NCBI GenBank assembly: GCA_007375645.1
Contig: VMER01000001.1
Span: forward strand, 209,211-273,210
Direction of reading: 5' to 3'
DNA from: Parcubacteria group bacterium LiPW_15
GTDB taxonomy: Bacteria > Patescibacteriota > Minisyncoccia > UBA6257 > 2-01-FULL-56-20
Length of the DNA stretch: 64,000 nt
Shown here: in pieces, positions 57,552-64,000 of the stretch
Layout of the letters: the number at the start of each line of letters is the position of its first letter
Numbering within the stretch: position 1 is the stretch's first letter
Program-made: the position numbers and the translations under genes
The notes under the pieces: model-generated
The model's input: only the letters and a program-made list of their open reading frames with translations
The model's database searches: none
What the model was told of the DNA's origin: nothing

Positions 57552-58010
57552 CTATGTTTCTTTCCGCCGCAACATATCTATCATCAACTTAGAATATTCA
57601 GAGATCTCGGGCAAATTATTCAACTCCAGCCACCTTGCATCCGCTATTTCATTTGATTCAATATTTATTTCTTTACCCCTGCTCCTCCCCGCAAAAACCG
57701 TTACCGTATCATTTTTAAATTCTTTCGCAGAGTGAAAGACTCCTATTTCTTTTAAATCCTCAACTTCAATTCCAACTTCTTCTTCCACCTCCCGTTTTGC
57801 AGCCTGTGCCGGTGTCTCGCCTTTCTTGATACCACCGCCCGGAAACATCCAACTTTCGTAGTTGCCGTAATTATTTTTTACCATCAATATCTCCTTGCCA
57901 GATCTTATGATGCATTTCACTCCATGCGTTTTGGGGCGCACTACAAACCAATATGCCTTGGCAAAAGGGTGAAGCAGTATCGACAACTTCCTTAAGATTA
58001 ACTTAATCAT
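57552..58010 (-). CDS. NUDIX hydrolase
   Basis: Nudix box GGGIKKGETPAQAAKREVEEEVG. Confidence 0.82.
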   Translation of the reverse strand: MIKLILRKLSILLHPFAKAYWFVVRPKTHGVKCIIRSGKEILMVKNNYGNYESWMFPGGGIKKGETPAQAAKREVEEEVGIEVEDLKEIGVFHSAKEFKNDTVTVFAGRSRGKEINIESNEIADARWLELNNLPEISEYSKLMIDMLRRKET

Positions 58011-58053
58011 TTATTAATACTCTGCGCCCCGTAGCACTTCTTGGATTTATTTC

Positions 58054-58434
58054 CTATTCTTCAGAACAGTGATAGATCTCAAGACGTATTTCGTCGGGGT
58101 CATCAAGCCATACGTATCTATTTCCAAACTTTCCAACCTTAAACTCACTGTGCTTGATCCCAGCCTCAGAAAGAAACTGTTCAAACTTTTCCAGTTCATC
58201 CAGAGTCCGGACACCAAACCCGATATGATTCATTCCAACATCGTCCTTGTCGTAATTTGGGCTTGGGGTCCCTTTCGGACTTAGCTTGAAGTACAATTTT
58301 ACATCGCCAATTTTATAAACCACCAGATTATCATTACGGAGAGTTGGTTCACCTAAAAACTTAGAATAAAATTCTTCCGTTCTAGACAGATCTTTCACTA
58401 TTAATGATATGTGATCGATAAAGTTTGGCTTCAT
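58054..58434 (-). CDS. VOC family (glyoxalase-like) protein
   Basis: 126 aa; VOC fold signature. Confidence 0.72.
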   Translation of the reverse strand: MKPNFIDHISLIVKDLSRTEEFYSKFLGEPTLRNDNLVVYKIGDVKLYFKLSPKGTPSPNYDKDDVGMNHIGFGVRTLDELEKFEQFLSEAGIKHSEFKVGKFGNRYVWLDDPDEIRLEIYHCSEE

Positions 58435-58453
58435 AGACGCAATATATCACCTC

Positions 58454-61027
58454 CTACTTCCCATGGCATTTCTTATACTTTTTCCCCGATCCGCACGGAC
58501 AAGGATCATTCCTGCCTACTTCCTTGGCGCCCGAAGCTTTGGGCAAGATCTTTACAACCTGTTCCGCGGGCTTTTGTTCCTGAGCCTGACCCGGAGGCGG
58601 GAGCTTGAAGATATTCATAAATATCCAGGCTCCAAAATTAGCCCAAAAAGCTTGATAAAGCGTATGCGCTTCTCCTCGATATTCCACGAGCGGATCGCGT
58701 TGTCCGTAAGCCCTAAGTCCGATGGATTCCGAAAGCGCGTCCAAGTCCTCCAAGTGGTTCATCCAAAGCATGTCCAAAATGCCTAGCATTTGGTTCGCCG
58801 CCAAAGGATGCTTGGCCATCACGGAAACGCGCGCCTTCAAGAACTCCGATAGATTTTCTTCCGTCGCATCTTCCGGATATGGATTTTCCTTATTGGCCAA
58901 TCCGACTTCTTCAAATATTTTTTTTAGGTCCGGCTTTTCTACTTCTGGCATATTCTCCGCGGCCGCTATTCCGGCTGAAAGATTTTTAAAATAACCGTTC
59001 ACCGCGTCGAATATCATGGGTTCCAGAGTCTCCGAATTCATCGCCGTCAATATTTCCTGTCGGCGCTTATAGACCGCCGCCCGATGCTTATTCAAGACAT
59101 CATCGTAGTCGAGCAGGTGTTTCCTCATATCGAAATTCGCCCCCTCAACTTTGGATTGGGCTTCTGCCACGGCGCGGGAAATCATAGCCACATCGATCGG
59201 CTCGTCATCGGGAAGATGGAATCTGTCCATTAGGGACTTTATGCGGTCTCCGCCGAAAATGCGCAGCAAGTCGTCTTCCAGCGACAGGAAGAATTGCGAA
59301 GAACCGGGATCGCCCTGCCTGCCGGCGCGGCCGCGCAGCTGATTGTCTATGCGCCTGGCCTCGTGCCTTTCCGTACCAGTCACATGAAGTCCGCCCAATT
59401 CTCGCACCCGCTTCGCATCTTCCGGTGTCGGCGGATTGCCGCCCAGAATTATGTCCACGCCGCGGCCGGCCATGTTGGTCGCCACGGTTATCGCCCCCGG
59501 CTTACCGGCCTGGGCGACTATCGCTCCCTCCCGTTCATTGTTCTTCGCGTTCAAAGTTTCGTGCGGGATATGCGCCTCGCTTAGCAAATTGTCCAAAAGT
59601 TCGTTCTTAGCAATGGAAGTTGTGCCAACCAAAACCGGCTGGCCCTTTTCGTGCCGTTCTTTTATATCGTTGACCAAAGCTATCCAACGCGCGGCGGAAG
59701 TTTTGTATATGACATCTTTGTGATCATTTCTTATGACCGGCTTGTTCGGAGGAATGCTAACAACTTCCAAATTGTAAACTTTGGAAAATTCTTCCGCGGA
59801 AGTCTGCGCGGTTCCGGTCATGCCGGAGATCTTCTTATACATGCGGAAATAATTCTGAATGGATATCTTTCCGTAAGTCTTGGACTCTTCCTGCACATGC
59901 ACGCCCTCCTTGGCCTCAATCGCCTGGTGTAAGCCGCCGTTATACCGCCTGCCGTGAAGCATTCGGCCGGTGAATTCGTCCACGATAATTATCTCTCCGT
60001 TCTTGACCACATATTCTTTATCCTTATGAAAAAGCGCCTTGGCTTTAAGACTTTCTTCCAAATAATGGACCAGGCGCAGATTCTCGGGCGAGTAAAGATT
60101 ATCGACGCCCACCATTTTTTCCACCTTGGCGATTCCCTCTTCGGTTATGGAAACCGAGCGGCGCTTCTCATCCACCTCGTAATCCTCAGGCGCGTTTAGG
60201 TTGATAACCAGTCTCGCAAAGGTTTTATAGAACTGGCTGGATTCCGCATCCGGCGCAGAAATAATTAGCGGGGTTCTGGCCTCATCGATCAAAATAGAAT
60301 CCACTTCATCGATTATGGCAAAAGGAAATCCCCGCTGGACCTGTTCGGTTACCCGGTAGACCAGATTGTCGCGCAGATAATCAAAACCGAATTCGTGATT
60401 GGTTCCGTAAGTAACATCGGCGAGATACGCTTCGCGCCTGGACGCGGGCCGCAAGAATTCCGATTGCACGCGGAAATTTCCGGTAGTGTCTTCTTCTTTG
60501 TCGATAAGCGCTTGGGCATCCTTCGCAACCTCATAGTCCGGGTCATACAAAAAAGCGGTGTTCGGCACGAGGCAGGAAACCGTAAGTCCCAGCGCGCGAT
60601 ATATCTGGCCCATCCAGACCGCATCGCGGCGAGCCAAGTATTCGTTTACCGTGACCACATGCGCGCCGTGTCCGTAAAGCGCATTCAAATAAACCGGCGC
60701 AACGGCGGTCAGAGTCTTTCCTTCTCCGGTTATCATTTCCGCGACCGCTCCCTTGTTCAAAACCAGTCCGCCGATAAGCTGCACATCGTAGGGTCGCTGT
60801 CCCAAGGTTCGCTTCGCGGCTTCGCGGACAAGAGCGAAAGCGCGCGGCAAAACCAGCCGCTCTTCTTCGCCGCTTTGCAGTCGTTCTCGAAGCTTCAAAC
60901 TCTCCGCCTTCAATTCCTCGCCGGTCAACTTCTGTATTTCCGGTTCGAGCGAATTTACTTCGGCTACAATTGTTTCGAAATCCGCGAGCGTTCTGCGCTC
61001 AAATATTTTTTTTATGAACCCAAGCAT
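58454..61027 (-). CDS. secA: Preprotein translocase ATPase SecA
   Basis: 857 aa; DEAD-like motor, PPXD, C-terminal zinc finger CPCGSGKKYKKCHG. Confidence 0.95.
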   Translation of the reverse strand: MLGFIKKIFERRTLADFETIVAEVNSLEPEIQKLTGEELKAESLKLRERLQSGEEERLVLPRAFALVREAAKRTLGQRPYDVQLIGGLVLNKGAVAEMITGEGKTLTAVAPVYLNALYGHGAHVVTVNEYLARRDAVWMGQIYRALGLTVSCLVPNTAFLYDPDYEVAKDAQALIDKEEDTTGNFRVQSEFLRPASRREAYLADVTYGTNHEFGFDYLRDNLVYRVTEQVQRGFPFAIIDEVDSILIDEARTPLIISAPDAESSQFYKTFARLVINLNAPEDYEVDEKRRSVSITEEGIAKVEKMVGVDNLYSPENLRLVHYLEESLKAKALFHKDKEYVVKNGEIIIVDEFTGRMLHGRRYNGGLHQAIEAKEGVHVQEESKTYGKISIQNYFRMYKKISGMTGTAQTSAEEFSKVYNLEVVSIPPNKPVIRNDHKDVIYKTSAARWIALVNDIKERHEKGQPVLVGTTSIAKNELLDNLLSEAHIPHETLNAKNNEREGAIVAQAGKPGAITVATNMAGRGVDIILGGNPPTPEDAKRVRELGGLHVTGTERHEARRIDNQLRGRAGRQGDPGSSQFFLSLEDDLLRIFGGDRIKSLMDRFHLPDDEPIDVAMISRAVAEAQSKVEGANFDMRKHLLDYDDVLNKHRAAVYKRRQEILTAMNSETLEPMIFDAVNGYFKNLSAGIAAAENMPEVEKPDLKKIFEEVGLANKENPYPEDATEENLSEFLKARVSVMAKHPLAANQMLGILDMLWMNHLEDLDALSESIGLRAYGQRDPLVEYRGEAHTLYQAFWANFGAWIFMNIFKLPPPGQAQEQKPAEQVVKILPKASGAKEVGRNDPCPCGSGKKYKKCHGK

Positions 61028-61042
61028 TAATTAAAGTTTCGA

Positions 61043-61372
61043 TTATTTCCCCTCCTCGTCCTTCTTGAAGTCCTTATATTTCTCAACCGCTCTCTGGAGT
61101 TTGTCTTTAGCCAGGTCTATCGCGGCGTAAAGATCCTCCGCCTCTTCGCTCACCTGGAAAGTCTTGGCCGGAATGTGCAGGTTGGCCTTAGCCATATATA
61201 TCTGTCCTTTTTGGTGATGATGCGTGGTAAGAGCCAGCTCTAAGTGCAGATCGGCGGTTCCCTCGGCATCCAAGCGGCTCAAAACCTTCAAAATAGACTC
61301 GAACTTCTCTTCCGCATACGCCACTATGGCATCGGTGGATTCAAGATTCGTATATTTTATCTTTATGTTCAT
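61043..61372 (-). CDS. hpf: Ribosome hibernation promoting factor (HPF/RaiA, short form)
   Basis: 109 aa; sigma-54 modulation protein/S30EA fold pattern. Confidence 0.85.
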   Translation of the reverse strand: MNIKIKYTNLESTDAIVAYAEEKFESILKVLSRLDAEGTADLHLELALTTHHHQKGQIYMAKANLHIPAKTFQVSEEAEDLYAAIDLAKDKLQRAVEKYKDFKKDEEGK

Positions 61373-61460
61373 GTCGTAATCTTAGCTTAAACCTAGCCAT
61401 TTTTCAAAGATTTGCCGATTAAACCCATATAAATGCTGATAAATATGGCCTTTTCCTGAC

Positions 61461-61489
61461 TTGACTTTTTAATAGATTGGTGCTATAAT
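61461..61489 (+). promoter_or_regulatory. Sigma70-like promoter TTGACT-17-TATAAT (copy 1 of a duplicated about 50-bp promoter module)
   Basis: About 80% identical over about 50 bp to 62433..62480. Confidence 0.5.
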
Positions 61490-61608
61490 TACACCAGATG
61501 CTTGAGATGCGTTTTGGTTCCGGAGTAATGGGCCTGCCTGCCGGTAGGCAGGGGCAATCCAGACTTATTATTCCGGAACTGAATAAACATACAGGAAAAG
61601 GAGTCAGA

Positions 61609-61737
61609 GTGAGACGTCTCACCGATTTCCGCGCCATGGTTGTGGCCGCAATCGCCTTCTCGGCGATCTATTACGCTCTCGTTTCAGTGGCGGAACTGTG
61701 TAAGGCCGCCATCGAACTGCTGAAAGCCATCTGCTAA
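61609..61737 (+). CDS. Small hydrophobic peptide (42 aa, GTG start)
   Basis: AGGAG 5 nt upstream of GTG; predicted single/double TM; the ORF track shows a longer 61498 form with no RBS. Confidence 0.4.
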   Translation: MRRLTDFRAMVVAAIAFSAIYYALVSVAELCKAAIELLKAIC

Positions 61738-61779
61738 TTCTAGCCTGACACAACCCACGGTTTAGGAAGGAGAACGAAC

Positions 61780-62343
61780 ATGAACACGCTGAAGATGAGC
61801 AGGGAGGCAAAGAGCTTCGTGGCCATCCTCCTCGGAGTGCTCGGCATCGGATTGACCATCCTCTGGATGGTCGAGACGAACCAGAAGATGGTCATCGAAG
61901 CTCGACAGAGCTCCGCCGTCCAGGATCTCGATCCCGGCAACTTCGTTCACGACGAGCACGAGCTCGTCATCCGCTACGGCAGCCTGAACGGCGTGCCCGT
62001 GGAGATGGTTCGGGACTACACGCACGGAGGACTCGTCCTTCGCGCTGTCCTCCCGGACAAGGATGACCCGCTCGCCAGCCCCGCCCTCGACGCTCTGAAA
62101 GCGGAAGTCATCCGCCTCTGCTCCTCGAAGGAGCCTGTTCCCCTCGGGGACACGGGGTACACCTTCCTGTTCACCGGGGTATGTGACCCCGAGTGGGCAC
62201 CCTACACCACGATCGAGTCGGCGAGAAACACGAGGAACATCCGCTTCATCCGATGGGTCGAACCGATCATCGGAAACGCCATCCGGGGTGGAGGCTCATG
62301 CGATACGAGCTACCGCCCCGCCGGCTACTCCGTGAAAAGGTAA
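61780..62343 (+). CDS. Hypothetical membrane-anchored protein (187 aa, high GC)
   Basis: GGAAGGAG RBS; N-terminal TM then soluble domain with 3 Cys. Confidence 0.55.
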   Translation: MNTLKMSREAKSFVAILLGVLGIGLTILWMVETNQKMVIEARQSSAVQDLDPGNFVHDEHELVIRYGSLNGVPVEMVRDYTHGGLVLRAVLPDKDDPLASPALDALKAEVIRLCSSKEPVPLGDTGYTFLFTGVCDPEWAPYTTIESARNTRNIRFIRWVEPIIGNAIRGGGSCDTSYRPAGYSVKR

Positions 62344-62364
62344 TCGCCCTTCGCCTCACCCCCC

Positions 62365-62403
62365 GCCCGCACAGAAACTTCAAAGCCTGTGCGGGCTTTT
62401 TTA
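62365..62403 (+). terminator. Intrinsic terminator GCCCGCACAG...CTGTGCGGGC plus T6
   Basis: Seen directly. Confidence 0.6.
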
Positions 62404-62434
62404 GTTCAAAAATAAAAACGCCATTGGCATATGC

Positions 62435-62463
62435 TTGACCTTTACATAGATTAATGATATAAT
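62435..62463 (+). promoter_or_regulatory. Sigma70-like promoter TTGACC-17-TATAAT (copy 2 of the duplicated module)
   Basis: Sequence match; paralogous to 61461..61489. Confidence 0.5.
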
Positions 62464-62511
62464 CGCGCCAGATGTTTGAGACACGATAACTCGACAAAAG
62501 GAGGAAGGCTC

Positions 62512-62976
62512 ATGTCCTTCAAAATGCATGTTGTCAACGTCATCACGACTCTGGTCGAGACCGCGCTTCCGCGGTTCTCGGGCGAAAAGAAGCTTCTTTA
62601 CGTTCTTATCGAAGCCGGAGTGACAAAAGAGAAGGTTGCGGTGCCCAGCCACCGCCGGTTCATCCACCTCCTCTTCCACCGGCCCGGCAACCACACGGCC
62701 GTCATGGTGGCCGTGACCGACAACCCCCACTTTCGCAAAGAAGAAATGAAAGACTGGCGGGTGGTTTCCTGCCACGATTCCTGCTGGAGGTCGGATGGCG
62801 TGGAAAGTCCGCTCTCCAAGCTATACTTCGAGATGTGCAAGGAGGTCGATTCGGCGGCTGCGCCCAGAGACCTTTGGGCGACTGCCCAGTTCTCGATCTT
62901 CGATAGCCCAAAGGTGGTGGAAGTGAAGAAGTTCACCCACGACCGCGAAAACTTCATCGCCCACATCGAGTGGTAA
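62512..62976 (+). CDS. Hypothetical protein (155 aa, high GC)
   Basis: AAAGGAGGAAGG RBS upstream of ATG (MSFKMHVV); the ORF track shows a longer 62476 form. Confidence 0.55.
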   Translation: MSFKMHVVNVITTLVETALPRFSGEKKLLYVLIEAGVTKEKVAVPSHRRFIHLLFHRPGNHTAVMVAVTDNPHFRKEEMKDWRVVSCHDSCWRSDGVESPLSKLYFEMCKEVDSAAAPRDLWATAQFSIFDSPKVVEVKKFTHDRENFIAHIEW

Positions 62977-62989
62977 CAGGGAGAAGACG

Positions 62990-63283
62990 ATGAAAACCAA
63001 GATCAAGGAATACCAACTTCTCGGTGACAAATCCGCAGCCCCGCGCCTGATCCAGTTCAAAGGACGAGAGCTGGTGGTCAGGCAGAAGAAGACCGACGAA
63101 GTATCCGGGATCGACTACGTAATCGTCCCCGGATTCAAGGTCGGAGGACCGCACGCCTCCACTTCCAGGTACTTCACGACCCTTCAGGCCCTCGACGTGG
63201 AACTGGTCGGAAACGACGATCGGGAAGCGATCAAACAGCTCCTCCGGGAGCTCGGATTCAAGGGCCCGATCAGCTTCTGGTGA
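62990..63283 (+). CDS. Hypothetical protein (97 aa, high GC), operonic with 62512
   Basis: AGGGAGAAG RBS; 13-nt gap to the upstream gene. Confidence 0.5.
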   Translation: MKTKIKEYQLLGDKSAAPRLIQFKGRELVVRQKKTDEVSGIDYVIVPGFKVGGPHASTSRYFTTLQALDVELVGNDDREAIKQLLRELGFKGPISFW

Positions 63284-63287
63284 CAGC

Positions 63288-63340
63288 CGCCCCCGCAAGG
63301 AAACTCATCCAAAGCCCATGCGGGGGCTTTTTTATTTTAA
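63288..63340 (+). terminator. Intrinsic terminator (CCCCCGCA...TGCGGGGG plus T-run)
   Basis: Seen directly. Confidence 0.5.
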
Positions 63341-63393
63341 AAAACAAAACCGGCCTTTCGGCCGGTGGAAATTGGGTTGGGATAAGAAGCACC

Positions 63394-63612
63394 CTAGCTT
63401 GACGTCATGCCACCCGTGGAGTCCGCGTCGGGAAGAGCGATGAGGCGGAGCAAGAACTCAGTGTTCGTGACGATGTTCTGCGCAAGCGGCTCCCACCGCA
63501 GCGCTTCGGCCTTGTGATGACCATAGTTCCTGTCATCCAGGATTCGCCTGTAGTCGGCCAACTCGACCTTTATCTTCGCGAGCCTTTCTGCGTCTTCTTT
63601 CGTCATTTTCAC
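63394..63612 (-). CDS. Small hypothetical protein (72 aa, high GC)
   Basis: ORF with a GGAGGGAG-like RBS region upstream; coiled-coil-like. Confidence 0.4.
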   Translation of the reverse strand: MKMTKEDAERLAKIKVELADYRRILDDRNYGHHKAEALRWEPLAQNIVTNTEFLLRLIALPDADSTGGMTSS

Positions 63613-63728
63613 TCCCTCCTTTGGAGCTGACTAATTTATATATCCCGGAATCAACCGCTGTCAAACAAATTAAATCTCCAATTCAAGGCGCTTGAAAAGC
63701 GGCTCTCGGTCTCTATGGGTCCATTTTC

Positions 63729-63870
63729 CTGAACGGCCGCGGAACGCCACAGATCCACTGTGGATCCGAATGGTGACCTCCTATCTGTTTGTTTTAGATG
63801 AATGAGTGCTCTCTTCGGATCCACACTGGATCCATAAATTGAGCACTTCCACGGCCGTTCGCGAAAATCG
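63729..63870. repeat. Long imperfect palindrome (two about 70-bp arms), each arm containing a GGATCCAC(T/AC)TGGATCC sub-palindrome
   Basis: The left arm aligns with the reverse complement of the right arm (gaacggccg...ggatccactgtggatccgaa); a further inverted pair ctatctgtttg / caaacagatag lies at 63779 and 63958. Confidence 0.4.
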
Positions 63871-64000
63871 ACTGTTTTTATACTAGCAAATATCTATCCT
63901 CAAGTGAAGAAGCTCCCCGATCCATAAAACTAAAACCCCCCGGAGGGGGTTTTAGTACAAACAGATAAAATAGAAACAGGTCTAAGTCGATATCATCGTT

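Overview
The window looks like a reduced-genome bacterium (CPR/Patescibacteria-like) with a backbone of housekeeping genes at about 45-50% GC. Backbone genes are short and compact: glyQS, recO, tsf, rpsB, mnmA, efp, rpsP plus a KH protein, typA, uvrA, uvrB, uvrC, queA, tgt, truB, nth, prmC, thpR, rsmE, secA, hpf, a dsbB/thioredoxin pair, a P-type ATPase, cls, and a tRNA-Tyr. Nearly the whole nucleotide-excision-repair set (uvrABC, recO, nth, an MGMT-family protein, a 3'-5' exonuclease) sits in one window.

At least a dozen higher-GC cassettes (about 55-62% GC by eye) are interspersed in intergenic spaces. Most carry their own near-consensus sigma70-type promoter (TTGACA-17-TATAAT-like), a strong Shine-Dalgarno and a GC-rich intrinsic terminator. 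They encode orphan, often secreted or membrane proteins: a collagen-like G-X-Y protein with a paralog, a DnaG-like zinc-finger/TOPRIM protein with a roughly 500-aa unknown N-terminal domain, a 931-aa protein operonic with a duplicated multi-TM protein, a protein built of about 31-aa tandem repeats, a receiver-like protein, a trypsin-like protease, a pilin-like protein, and small peptides.

Several cassette boundaries coincide with degenerate direct duplications of the adjacent host gene end (typA 3' end, typA 5' end, tRNA-Tyr 3' end, and possibly the exonuclease 3' end). This is an insertion-like signature, and together with the cassettes it is the most unusual feature of the window.

Other candidates: a roughly 240-nt structured ncRNA or leader with its own promoter and terminator just upstream of uvrB; an 820-bp GC-rich noncoding stretch; a GAAAC-N5-GTTTC palindromic element repeated upstream of two DNA-repair genes (SOS-box-like); a long imperfect palindrome near the 3' end of the window; and a homopolymer frameshift splitting rsmE. 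No CRISPR array, rRNA, integrase or transposase was found.
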